NCBI GenBank assembly: GCA_965197415.1 | Contig: OZ240207.1 | Location: 2,197,853 to 2,261,852, forward strand | Direction: 5' to 3' | Source: Dehalococcoidia bacterium | GTDB taxonomy: Bacteria > Chloroflexota > Dehalococcoidia > Lucifugimonadales > JAGWBF01 | Length of the DNA stretch: 64,000 nt | Shown: positions 28,813 to 38,235 of the stretch, piece after piece | Position numbering within the stretch: the stretch's first letter is position 1 | How the letters are laid out: each line of letters begins with the position of its first letter | Position numbers and translations under genes: made by a program | Notes under the pieces: generated by a model | The model's input: only the letters and a program-made list of their open reading frames with translations | Database searches by the model: none | What the model was told of the DNA's origin: nothing

Positions 28813-30171
28813 TTGAACAAGAAGCCATATAAATGCACCAAGCGGCACCGGGAAGACCCCGTCTATTTCGCTCGGAAAGTCCTGGGAGTGGAGCCTTGGT
28901 CAAAGCAGGTGGAGGCTCTAACCGCCGTCGCGGCTAACGAACGGGTGGCGGTGAAGTCGGGCAACGGGCTGGGAAAGGGGTTCTCGGCGGCGGCGGCAAT
29001 CCTCTGGTTCATGAGTTGCCACGAGCACGCTGTGGCGTTGAGCACGGCTCCGACCTTCAGGCAGGTCCGCCACATCCTCTGGAAAGAGGTGCACCGCCGC
29101 TACCGCAACGCCAAGTACGACCTGGGCGGGAAGTTGCTGGACACCCGCCTGGAGATGCCGGAAAGAGACAGCTTCGCCATGGGGCTGTCAGCGGACAGCC
29201 CCGATGAGTTCCAGGGTTTTCACAGCGCCAACATGCTCATAGTGGTGGATGAGGCAGAGGGAGTCGCCGAGCCCATCTACGAAGCCATAGAGGCTCTGAT
29301 GACCTCGGAGAACTGCCGGTTGCTGCTTATTGGCAACCCCACGACCGTCACCGGCTCCTTCCGCCGGGCGTTCCACGAGGACAGGGAGCTGTACCACACC
29401 ATAACTATATCGGCCTACGACAGCCCCAACGTGGCGGCGGGCGCACAGACGGTGCCCGGCCTGGTGACCGCGAGATGGGTGGAGCAGCGGCGGAAGATAT
29501 GGGGGGAGGACAACCCCATATTTCAAGCCAGGGTGTTGGGCGAGTTCCCAGAGCAGTCGGAGGACACGCTGATTCCTCTCTCCGCAATAGAAGGCGCGGC
29601 CAAGGTCTCGGGCGGGGCAGTGGAGCAGGACGACGCACCCCAGCCGACGGTGGTAGCCGTAGACGTAGCCCGGTTCGGCAGCGACAGAAGCGTAATCCTT
29701 GTGCGGCGTGGGGGCCAGGTACGACCAGTGCGGACATTCCGGGGCCTGGACACCATGAAGCTGACGGGCCTCGTGGTGGACGCCATCAAAGAGGCGGACC
29801 CGGAGGACGTGGTGGTGGACGAGGTGGGCATAGGAGCTGGAGTCGTGGACCGGCTGAAGGAACTGGGATACAGGGTGGACGGCGTGAACGTGGGACGGGC
29901 CGCCCATGACCCAAGCCGCTTTGCCAATCTTAGAGCGGAGGGATACTGGAACCTGCGCCAGATGATCACCAACGGCGAAGTGTTCCTGCCGTCGGATAAG
30001 GAATTGATGGGCGAATTGGCCGCCCTGAAGTACAGCTTCAACAGCGTCGGGCAGCTATTGGTGGAGAGCAAGGACGATATGCGCAAGAGGGGAGTCCGTT
30101 CGCCGGACAGAGCCGACGCACTAATGTTGGCCTTCCTGCCATATAGACGGAGGGTGAAGCTGTGGGGGTGA
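28813..30171 (+). CDS. Phage terminase large subunit
   Basis: Walker-A-like SGNGLGKG, Walker B LIVVDEAEGV and a C-terminal RNase H-like nuclease block VVAVDVARFGSDRSVI. TTG start. Confidence 0.85.
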   Translation: MNKKPYKCTKRHREDPVYFARKVLGVEPWSKQVEALTAVAANERVAVKSGNGLGKGFSAAAAILWFMSCHEHAVALSTAPTFRQVRHILWKEVHRRYRNAKYDLGGKLLDTRLEMPERDSFAMGLSADSPDEFQGFHSANMLIVVDEAEGVAEPIYEAIEALMTSENCRLLLIGNPTTVTGSFRRAFHEDRELYHTITISAYDSPNVAAGAQTVPGLVTARWVEQRRKIWGEDNPIFQARVLGEFPEQSEDTLIPLSAIEGAAKVSGGAVEQDDAPQPTVVAVDVARFGSDRSVILVRRGGQVRPVRTFRGLDTMKLTGLVVDAIKEADPEDVVVDEVGIGAGVVDRLKELGYRVDGVNVGRAAHDPSRFANLRAEGYWNLRQMITNGEVFLPSDKELMGELAALKYSFNSVGQLLVESKDDMRKRGVRSPDRADALMLAFLPYRRRVKLWG

Positions 30172-30199
30172 GGCTTGGGCGAAACATATCAAAGGGATA

Positions 30200-30250
30200 T
30201 CTCGGGGTGGTGTGCTTCGACAAGCTCAGCACGAACGGTATCCGAACCCC
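30200..30250. repeat. Dispersed host-type repeat (translation ...FDKLSTNG...) between terminase and portal
   Basis: GTGCTTCGACAAGCTCAGCACGAACGG was read directly. The reverse frame gives MLSLSKH..., the usual spurious ORF of this repeat family. Confidence 0.5.
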
Positions 30251-30299
30251 CCAGTTAGCCTTGGGCGAAGCGCAGTAGAAGAATCAAACGGAGGAAAGC

Positions 30300-31550
30300 A
30301 TGACAACCACAATCAAGTCCGCCAATCTGTTGCAGCACGCGCTGGGAGCGCTTGGCCGGAGGCAGGGTAAGAGCGATAACGGGCTAGGTCCCTCGCACGT
30401 TGCCAAAGCCAACCGCACCTCCCGGGTGGACGTGGACCGCTATAGCGAGACCTCGGGCGTCGGACAGGACTGGGCCAAAACGGTGTACGGGAGCTACTAC
30501 GCTTCTTCCGTGCCCGTATACTCGGCAATTCGGGTGCGGAGCGAAGCCCTGGCTCGGCCCGGCGTTACCGTGCTGGCCAGAGACGGCTCCTCGGGGTGGA
30601 TTCCGGTAAGTCCTGACCACCCGGTGCAGCAGCTTATAGACCGGGTGAACCCCTGGCACACCAGGGGCGACCTGTGGAGGGCTACAGAGACCTACCTGAG
30701 CCTGTGGGGTTCGGCCTTCTGGACGCTGGAGCCGGACGACGAGGGCCGGTGGGAAATCTGGCCTCTGCGTCCCGACCGGATGCGCGTGCTGCCAGACAGA
30801 CATCGGTACGTCAAAGGATACGTCTACATGGGAACGACAGGGCCTGTGCCGTATACGAGAGACGAGGTAATTTGGTTCCGCTACTTCAATCCCATGGACG
30901 AGTACGCCGGGCTGTCGCCAATGGCGCCCCTGCGTTTATCCGCCGACATGGGGGCGGACGCCATGCGCTTCAACCGGAACTTCTTCCGGAACTCGGCCCA
31001 GCCGGACGTCATCTTCACCACCGAGGAGGGGATGACCGACGACGAGGTGGAGGACTTTTACCAGCGTTGGGAGCGGCGGTTCAGAGGCCCGGGAAACGCC
31101 CACCGGCCCGCAATAGCCAGCTTCATAAAAGACATAAAGACCTTGGGGTTCACCCACAGGGAGATGGAGTTCGTCCAGGGCCTCCGCTGGAGCCTGGAGG
31201 ACGTGAGCCGCACCTTTGGAGTCCCCATGCCACTTCTGTCCGACTACCAGAACGCCACCTTCACGAACATCAACACAGCCGAGCGCATCTTCTGGCGCAA
31301 CACCATGATTCCGGAGATGAAGTTCCTGGAGGAGCATATCAACGAGAAGCTGCTTCCCATGCTGGGCCACTCCGCCGTCAGGGTGGAGTTTGACCTGGCC
31401 GACATCGAGGCGCTGAAAGAGGACGAGAACGACCGCGCAAACCGCGAAGCGCTGCTGCTGGACCGGGGAGTCCTCACGATAAACGAGGTGAGGCGGAGCA
31501 GAAACCTGCCCGACGTGCCCTGGGGCGACGCGCCGAGGGCCGTCCAATAA
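30300..31550 (+). CDS. Phage portal protein, HK97 family
   Basis: 416 aa, directly after TerL. The conserved central and C-terminal portal blocks (WPLRPDRM, NINTAERIFWRNTMIPE) match as remembered. Confidence 0.85.
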   Translation: MTTTIKSANLLQHALGALGRRQGKSDNGLGPSHVAKANRTSRVDVDRYSETSGVGQDWAKTVYGSYYASSVPVYSAIRVRSEALARPGVTVLARDGSSGWIPVSPDHPVQQLIDRVNPWHTRGDLWRATETYLSLWGSAFWTLEPDDEGRWEIWPLRPDRMRVLPDRHRYVKGYVYMGTTGPVPYTRDEVIWFRYFNPMDEYAGLSPMAPLRLSADMGADAMRFNRNFFRNSAQPDVIFTTEEGMTDDEVEDFYQRWERRFRGPGNAHRPAIASFIKDIKTLGFTHREMEFVQGLRWSLEDVSRTFGVPMPLLSDYQNATFTNINTAERIFWRNTMIPEMKFLEEHINEKLLPMLGHSAVRVEFDLADIEALKEDENDRANREALLLDRGVLTINEVRRSRNLPDVPWGDAPRAVQ

Positions 31551-31811
31551 GGGACCTCGAGCCGTCGCCCATCGAGATTCGGTCTTTCCGTGTTGGCCTA
31601 TGCTTGCAGGCGATGTTGGCTCCGTTACTGGTCGAGCAACCGACGCCGAAGGCTCTCCAACTCAGCACCCGGGCCTGCACGGGGTCCATTGACGATGGAT
31701 GGGGCAACCGCATCTACGTCCGGAGAGTAGGGCTTGTCCTTCGACGGACCCCTATCGGTTGCGCAAGAAAGGCTGAGCGAAGGTGATTCTGCAAGATGAG
31801 GCCGACAAGAC

Positions 31812-32045
31812 ATGAAGATGCCGACGAAGGGAACCTTTGGACACATGGGAACTGGGCTCGTGGCGGGCATCCTGATCGGACTGGGCTTTCTCCCCGAGGG
31901 ATGCGTCATCACTGGCTGGGTGGCGGTCCGGCAATCGGTTTCCTGGCTGCACAAGCGCGACGCGGTCGGAGTGGATATGATGGAGCACATGGGGGCATTG
32001 GTCCCCGCCATCATCGCGGCTCTGCTCTTCAGGGAGTTCATCTAG
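31812..32045 (+). CDS. Possible small two-TM membrane protein (77 aa)
   Basis: Two hydrophobic stretches (GLVAGILIGLGFL and ALVPAIIAALLF). No clear SD, and there is a competing antisense ORF. Confidence 0.3.
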   Translation: MKMPTKGTFGHMGTGLVAGILIGLGFLPEGCVITGWVAVRQSVSWLHKRDAVGVDMMEHMGALVPAIIAALLFREFI

Positions 32046-32429
32046 AGGCCAAAGAGATGATCCACTGGAGAATCGTCTAATTGTAGCAATGTCTTCACTT
32101 TTTTCCGTCGGCTCTCACAGACAGGTGGAGATAGGAGAGACGAAGCGACGCTTGCCAATATAGCGAGGCTATTCCAGATTACACGACATTCTATGCACAA
32201 CCGTTGGATTCGAAGACTGTGTGTTGGACAGGGAGCAATAAAACTTCAGCGGAGATTCTGGACACAGGCATTCGCCGGCATGACGACGTGAAAACAGCCC
32301 GCCGATGATAATGTCATTGCCATATGGGAACCTTTTCTTGAGCAGCTGCGTCTTGTCCATGGTGGGGCGCCTGACACGCATGTGAATGGGCCCCACAGAA
32401 GGACGTCTGTTTGACGAGGTCTGCCGAAA

Positions 32430-32882
32430 ATGAATCAGTATAAAACGGGGCTCAGAGTATTGGCGCTTAGCATCATTGGGGGACTGTTGATCCTCTTGTT
32501 GTCTATGGCCGCAGGATGCAGGGACTCTTCGGTTCCGACCACCCAACCAACATCTCCAACGGCGACGCCGGCGCCGATGCCCACAGTGGACCCAGAACTC
32601 CTTGAGAGACCGCCTCAAGGACCGGGCGCGGAAATCGGAAGCACGTACCCATACACTTTATACGTCCACTGCGGGGTCCGCGACGCTCACTTCGATGGAC
32701 GGTACTGGATGGCCGATCCAATGCTGGGCAACTACAATCCGCCGCCGGGTTGGACTTCTGACGATAGCAGGGGCACGATTGAACTGGTTAGAGATGACCT
32801 GGCCGTGTTTAAGTCCGTAAGCGGCCGCACGATCGAGTTCATACCCTGGCCATCAGATGTCGAATGGACTCCGTGCTACTAG
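32430..32882 (+). CDS. Putative lipoprotein (150 aa)
   Basis: Signal peptide ending in the lipobox LSMAAGC. Confidence 0.6.
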   Translation: MNQYKTGLRVLALSIIGGLLILLLSMAAGCRDSSVPTTQPTSPTATPAPMPTVDPELLERPPQGPGAEIGSTYPYTLYVHCGVRDAHFDGRYWMADPMLGNYNPPPGWTSDDSRGTIELVRDDLAVFKSVSGRTIEFIPWPSDVEWTPCY

Positions 32883-32948
32883 TCACTACGGGCAGAGAAC
32901 CACCCTTTTCGGGCGTCGTGAGGGCACACAGAGCGGCATGCGGTCCCT

Positions 32949-34400
32949 TCACTGGTCGAGCAGCTTGCCACGCAAGTTCTCAAACTCGGTTACTGCTCCA
33001 GCCCGTGCGCTGCCTTTCCAGTAGCCGGTGAACACCCCGATGTAACCGGGGTGAGACACGGAGCTGATGTCTATGTTGCCCCCAACCTGCTGGCCGTTTA
33101 TGTACAGGTTCGCGACGTTGCCAACCGTTCTCAATTTAACGTGGTTCGTCGACCCCGCCCCTGTCTGAATCGTTGATAAGGTCCCCCTCGCCAAGTGAGT
33201 GAAATATGGCTCCTGAAAAGCAACTTTGGACACTAGCCACTCTTGCCTGCTGTCAATCACAAACTTGATGTGGGGCAGCTTTCCCTCCTCGTCATCGTCG
33301 CTGCTGTCTGGGTCATAGCGGGCGGTTAATCCGTAGGACCACAGCTGTGTGCTGGCCGAGTATGGATTGGTAAAGGTTGCCTCGAGTTCTATATCAGCCC
33401 GCCCGTAGATATAGTTCAAATTGAACTCGCGTTGCACTATATTGGTATCGTCGGGTTGGTGGCGAAGCTCGCCAGAGATGTCCTCGAAAACGAACTCGCC
33501 GCCGGGCGTCATCAGTGCGTCCATGTGCTCCTGTATCGTCGCAACGGCTGCTCCATAACTCAGTCCATACCGGGGACGTTCGTCGCGCCCCTGCTCTGAA
33601 CGGGAATGAATGATGCCTGCTATAAGACCGTCGGCGGACAATATGGGGCCGCCGCTGTTGCCAGGATTGCTGGCGGCGTCGGTTTGCAGGATTATGCTAG
33701 CTCGGCTCCAGCGATATCGAATCGCTGAGACTATTCCCTTGGTCACCGTTGCCGTATCGTAGGACAACGGGTCCGGGTAGCCCATGACCGCCACGTCGTC
33801 TCCGACAGTGACGTCATCCGGCTCAGCAAAGTCCAAGGCCGTGAAGTCGTCGCAGCATATAGTGACCACGGCCAAGTCGCGAATTGGGTCAGCTCGCAGC
33901 AAAGTGGCAATGTACCACTCTCCGTCGTCGGTCCGGACCATCCAACCCTCGCCCTCATTGTCGTCCACGACGTGGGAGTTGGTCATCACGTACCCAGTCT
34001 GATCCTCTGCCTGGAAGATGACTCCGCTGCCTCCGTGATTGCCGCCGGTGTTCCAGACGTACACCACCGCCGGGCGCACATCCTCGATGACCTCGCTGAG
34101 GGGCCGAGTGAGCGACTCTGCCGGCAGCACGTCCTCCACCGAGGGAACAGGGTCTCCGCTGAAGTAGTACTGGACAATGACCAGGACCTGGTCTCTGGTG
34201 ATGACACCCGCGAAGTAGTCGGCGACGGCGGTTATCACCTCGTCCCTGTCAATCACGCCGTTGCCGTTTGAGTCGTAGAAGGGGCTGACATCCGGGTCTG
34301 AGCCTTGGGCCGTAGTCACGGCCAGACCGGCCAGGGCCAGCATGACCATGGCCAATACGGACGCCAGGGGAATAGCAAGCCTGCCAGTCACTGTCACCAT
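32949..34400 (-). CDS. Secreted trypsin-like (S1) serine protease with an EF-hand/dockerin-like N-terminal motif and a C-terminal beta-rich domain
   Basis: Signal or TM anchor, then DSNGNGVIDRDEVITAV, His context TNSHVV, and the active-site Ser context NPGNSGGPIL. About 170 aa of C-terminal extension of unknown fold follow. Confidence 0.8.
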   Translation of the reverse strand: MVTVTGRLAIPLASVLAMVMLALAGLAVTTAQGSDPDVSPFYDSNGNGVIDRDEVITAVADYFAGVITRDQVLVIVQYYFSGDPVPSVEDVLPAESLTRPLSEVIEDVRPAVVYVWNTGGNHGGSGVIFQAEDQTGYVMTNSHVVDDNEGEGWMVRTDDGEWYIATLLRADPIRDLAVVTICCDDFTALDFAEPDDVTVGDDVAVMGYPDPLSYDTATVTKGIVSAIRYRWSRASIILQTDAASNPGNSGGPILSADGLIAGIIHSRSEQGRDERPRYGLSYGAAVATIQEHMDALMTPGGEFVFEDISGELRHQPDDTNIVQREFNLNYIYGRADIELEATFTNPYSASTQLWSYGLTARYDPDSSDDDEEGKLPHIKFVIDSRQEWLVSKVAFQEPYFTHLARGTLSTIQTGAGSTNHVKLRTVGNVANLYINGQQVGGNIDISSVSHPGYIGVFTGYWKGSARAGAVTEFENLRGKLLDQ

Positions 34401-34610
34401 TGAGTCTCCGATGGGTGATTACGAGCGTGGTAATGGGGGGGCAACCTACGGATGCATTCTACCCTGCTTCATGCTTTTCGGAAACCAGAAGGGACAGGGA
34501 CTTGTAGGGGGGTGACATCGTCCCGTTGACCGCTTGAGAGTTGGCGGGTTAGCCTGAATTTGGAGCGTCACAAAAGGCCGGATTGCCAGCCCGGCCGCTT
34601 CAGAGCCAAA

Positions 34611-34646
34611 GGGACAGACCCTGAGTTGGGTCTGTCCCTCTTTTTT
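34611..34646 (+). terminator. Hairpin plus T6 tract upstream of the prohead protease (paralogue of 28598-28634)
   Basis: GGGACAGACCC-TGAGTT-GGGTCTGTCCC followed by TC and TTTTTT. Confidence 0.6.
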
Positions 34647-34695
34647 GCCCTGGCCCCGGAAGAGCGAAAACTAAATCGGAAGGGAGGCGCCCTGC

Positions 34696-35400
34696 ATGAA
34701 CGACATAGAGCAATGGGAACGGGAACGGCTGTTGGAGTCGCTGGACTCATACCGGCGGGGACTCAGCGACGCGCCCTATTTGCGGAAGTGGACCTCGGTC
34801 GCGGCCGCCGGTGAATCCGTCTCAGCTCCGGCCTTTCCGCAAGCGTCAGCAACGGACGCCGGAGAGCAGCAAATGGCGTTCGTCGTTTCCAACGACGACG
34901 TAGACCGCCACGGCGACGTGATTTCGCTGCAGGGATGGCGTCTCCAGTCCTATCTCAAGAACCCGGTGTTCCTGTGGGCCCACGACTACACCAGGCCTGC
35001 CATAGGCCGCACGAGGGAGCTGTGGGCCGAGGGGAACAACCTCGTGGCGCGGGTGCAGTTCGCACCAACAGACTTTGCCCGGGAGGTGGCCGCCCTCTAC
35101 CGGGACGGCTACCAGCGGGGCGTGTCGGTGGGTTTCAGGCCCATCAAGTACGAGCTGCGGAGGGACGCGGACACGGGCAAGGCGTTGGGTGTGCGGTTCT
35201 TGGAACAGGAACTGCTGGAGATAAGCGCGGCTCCCGTTCCGGCCAACCAGGGCGCCCTGAGGAAGGCCTTGAGCCGCTCGCCAAGGATGGAGGCCTATTA
35301 CGCCAGCCTGGGACTGGAGGAGATGGACCGGGTCCCCTGGGACGACGCCTTGCGGCAGGTAGTGGAGAGCCTACGGTTTGTCGCCCACCCCGCTGCTTAG
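34696..35400 (+). CDS. HK97-family phage prohead protease
   Basis: FVVSNDDVDRHGDVI...NPVFLWAHDY...PIG block. GGGAGG lies 9 nt upstream. The N-terminal extension is about 60 aa. Confidence 0.85.
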   Translation: MNDIEQWERERLLESLDSYRRGLSDAPYLRKWTSVAAAGESVSAPAFPQASATDAGEQQMAFVVSNDDVDRHGDVISLQGWRLQSYLKNPVFLWAHDYTRPAIGRTRELWAEGNNLVARVQFAPTDFAREVAALYRDGYQRGVSVGFRPIKYELRRDADTGKALGVRFLEQELLEISAAPVPANQGALRKALSRSPRMEAYYASLGLEEMDRVPWDDALRQVVESLRFVAHPAA

Positions 35401-35469
35401 GCGTCCCGGAAGAGCGACGAGGGACATTGGGAAACGGAAGGACAAAACTTACAAACTCAAGGAGGAGAG

Positions 35470-36804
35470 ATGACCATCAGCGCTCAAGACTTGGACCTAA
35501 TCAAGAAGGAAGTGGCCGGTGTGCGGGAGTTCTACAACGCCCGCATCGATAGTGAGCTTCCTCCGCTCAAGGAGGAGGTGAGCCGAGTTTCGGCCCAGAT
35601 TGCCCGCATCCGGGAGATGTGGAAGAACGGAGAGAAGCAGGCGCTCCTGGGCAAGTACGGCGGACAGGACCGGCCCAGGGTGCCCTATGGGAAGTACCAG
35701 GGCCTGGACTTGCTGGACCTGGCCTACATGCGGAGTCTGCTCAACGCCCAGATACGCCAACCCCTGGGCCTGAACCCTCGAATGCTGGAGGAGTGGCAGT
35801 CGAACCTGAAGGCGGCCATGGACTCCACCACTGCCGGCTCAGGGGATGAACTGGTACCCACCCAGGAAGCCTCGACCCTCTGGATGGACGTGAACCTGGA
35901 GACCATGGTGGCTCCGCTGTTCTCCAGGGTGGATATGCCCTCGGACCCCTTCGAGATACCGCTTCAGCTGGGCGACGTGAACTGGTATCCCGGCACCGAG
36001 AACCTGGCCGTGACCGCAACGGCGCTGAACACCGCCAAGCAGACGCTGACTTCATACGAGCTGGTGGGCCAGGTGCCCTGGTCCCTGACGTTGGACGAGG
36101 ACGCGGTGATTGCCATGGCCCAAGAGGTGCGCAGCGGGCTGGTGCGCAACGCCGCGGAGGTAATCGACGACGTGGTCCTCAACGGCGATGCGACGACGGT
36201 GAACAACATCAACGCTGACGAAGCCACCATATCAAAGTCCGACGTGGGCAAGGGACACTGGCTCTTGGGATTCGACGGGCTGCTTCATCTGCCGCTGGTG
36301 GACAACACCGGCCAGGCCAACGACCATAGCGCCGCCGTGTCCGACGGCATGTTCAACGAAGTGCGGGGCAAGCTCGGCAAGTACGGTGTGCGGCCGTCCG
36401 AACTGGCCTACCTCATGGACGTGAACACGTACATCCGGGCCTTGAGCGTGGACAACTTCCGCACACTGGACAAGCTGGGACCCAACGCCACTGTGCTCAG
36501 GGGACAGCTTGGCGCGGTTGAAGGGATCCCTGTCATCGTGTCGGAGCAGATGAAGCTCGCGGACACGGACGGACAAGTGACCGACGCAGGAAACGTGACA
36601 AACACCGGACGCCTGCTCATCGTTAACCGGTCCCAGTGGAGGGTCGGTTTCAGGCGGGAGCTGGCCATAGAAACGGACAGGGACATCCAAAAGCGGCAGA
36701 ACATCATGGTTGTGAGCCTGAGGATCGCCTTTGCCGAGCGAACGGGAAGCAGGTCCACGGCAACCCACACAGCTTTGCAGTACAACATAACGGGCGTGGC
36801 GTAG
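35470..36804 (+). CDS. HK97-family phage major capsid protein with an N-terminal coiled-coil (delta-like) region
   Basis: 444 aa in the position after the protease. The C-terminal block is LIVNRSQWRVGFRRELAIETDRDIQKRQNIMVVSLRIAF. Confidence 0.9.
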   Translation: MTISAQDLDLIKKEVAGVREFYNARIDSELPPLKEEVSRVSAQIARIREMWKNGEKQALLGKYGGQDRPRVPYGKYQGLDLLDLAYMRSLLNAQIRQPLGLNPRMLEEWQSNLKAAMDSTTAGSGDELVPTQEASTLWMDVNLETMVAPLFSRVDMPSDPFEIPLQLGDVNWYPGTENLAVTATALNTAKQTLTSYELVGQVPWSLTLDEDAVIAMAQEVRSGLVRNAAEVIDDVVLNGDATTVNNINADEATISKSDVGKGHWLLGFDGLLHLPLVDNTGQANDHSAAVSDGMFNEVRGKLGKYGVRPSELAYLMDVNTYIRALSVDNFRTLDKLGPNATVLRGQLGAVEGIPVIVSEQMKLADTDGQVTDAGNVTNTGRLLIVNRSQWRVGFRRELAIETDRDIQKRQNIMVVSLRIAFAERTGSRSTATHTALQYNITGVA

Positions 36805-36846
36805 ACCGCCGCGCCCACCGGGACTCTGCAATCCAAGGAGAAACGC

Positions 36847-37299
36847 GTGGCCAACCCGTCAAAAGACAGCCCCCTGGCCGAGCAGGTGAAGGACATGCTC
36901 ACCTCGGACGTCGCTCCTGCGGCCCTGAAGTGCGCCAAGGCTTCCCTGGGGAGCTCCGATGCCAGAGGAGGGGTGTTGGCCTGGCGAAACCCGGAGGCCG
37001 GTCCAATCATCGTGGTCCGGTTGGTCATAGACCGAACTGCCGGTTCCAGCGCCGCGTGCACCGTAGACTTCGGGGCCGCTTCCCGAGGGAACCGGTCATC
37101 GGACGACCTGATCGACGGACTGGACGTGAACGCCGCAAAGGGTGTGGAAGACAACATCGACCACACAGGGACCAACGGCAAGTCCATGCAGCGGCTGGAC
37201 GCCAAGGGCGGCAGGACGGACTACATCACCGGCAGTAAGGCGACAGGCGAGGCCACCGGACTTGCCGGCCACGCCTATATCTTCTACGTAGAAGTGTAG
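36847..37299 (+). CDS. Hypothetical protein in the head module (150 aa, GTG start)
   Basis: Co-directional ORF in the position of decoration or head-completion genes. No motif was recognised. Confidence 0.5.
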   Translation: MANPSKDSPLAEQVKDMLTSDVAPAALKCAKASLGSSDARGGVLAWRNPEAGPIIVVRLVIDRTAGSSAACTVDFGAASRGNRSSDDLIDGLDVNAAKGVEDNIDHTGTNGKSMQRLDAKGGRTDYITGSKATGEATGLAGHAYIFYVEV

Positions 37300-37386
37300 C
37301 GCAGGTCGCCGCCGCCATCTCCAGGACCTTGAGACCGATTTACCGGCTCCTTCCCTGAAACGGGAAGGAGCCGCGCGGAGGCTGCT

Positions 37387-38235
37387 ATGACCAACGCTTA
37401 CGCTGACCTGACGACTCTGAAATCGGCGGGCGTCCTGAACATATCAGGCGCCGCCTACGATTCCAGGCTGCTGGACCTTCTGGAGGCGGTGTCCAGGCTC
37501 ATCGACCACTACTGCAACCGGCGGTTCTATGTTGTGGAGGAGTCCCGATTCTTCGACGGCGACGGAGGGAAGGAGCTAGGAGTCCCCGACCTGATAAACG
37601 TAACCTCGCTCAGGACGGACGATGACCGAGACCGAACCTTCGAGGCAATATGGGCTGTTACTGACTATCTGCTCTATCCGCCAAACGCTCGACCAGACAA
37701 GCCCTGGGGCCGCCCCTATACCAGGGCGCTGGTGGATGTGGACGCGGGCAGCAAGACTCTCTTCCCCGCGGGACTCCGAACGGTGGAGGTGAACGGCAAG
37801 TGGGGATACAGGGAGGTTACGGAAGACACCGGCGCCGCTATAAACCAAGGAGCCGAGCTGTCGGCGGACGCCACCGCCGTTACGGTCACCGCCGCCGCGA
37901 ACCTATCAGCAGGCCAGACTCTCTCGATAGACAGTGAGCAGCTTTACGTCACTGAAGTATCAGTCAGCGAACTGACTGTCGTCCGGGGTGTGAACGGAAC
38001 GGCGGCAACGGCTCACTTTGACGTCTCGCCCATCGCTAGGCTGGTATACCCCAACGGGGTCGCCGAGGCCTGCCTTATACAGGCGTCTCGCCTGTGGAAG
38101 CGGCGGGACGGAGGCTTCCCAGCAGCGGAACAGCGTCGGACCAGGCTGGGCGGCGTGTCCAAAGCCTTGGACCCGGACGTGGCGCTGCTCCTGGCGGCCT
38201 ACCGCAAGAACCCGGTGGGAGGTCAGGGATGGTAG
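37387..38235 (+). CDS. gp6-like head-tail connector protein, unusually long (282 aa)
   Basis: N-terminal YADLTTLKSAGVLNI...DSRLLDLLEAVSRLIDHYCNRRF is typical of gp6-like connectors. Confidence 0.6.
   Translation: MTNAYADLTTLKSAGVLNISGAAYDSRLLDLLEAVSRLIDHYCNRRFYVVEESRFFDGDGGKELGVPDLINVTSLRTDDDRDRTFEAIWAVTDYLLYPPNARPDKPWGRPYTRALVDVDAGSKTLFPAGLRTVEVNGKWGYREVTEDTGAAINQGAELSADATAVTVTAAANLSAGQTLSIDSEQLYVTEVSVSELTVVRGVNGTAATAHFDVSPIARLVYPNGVAEACLIQASRLWKRRDGGFPAAEQRRTRLGGVSKALDPDVALLLAAYRKNPVGGQGW

Noticed and set aside
31625-32041. 138-aa minus-strand ORF, and the 31796-32080 plus-strand ORF, in the portal-proximal gap.
   Set aside because: The translations are S/P/R/C-rich and not protein-like. 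Only the 77-aa two-TM frame was kept, and at low confidence.
32169-32618. 149-aa minus-strand ORF overlapping the lipoprotein gene start.
   Set aside because: It contains a dispersed-repeat-derived segment (RRHAGECLCPES). It is antisense to a lipoprotein ORF with a clear signal peptide and lipobox.
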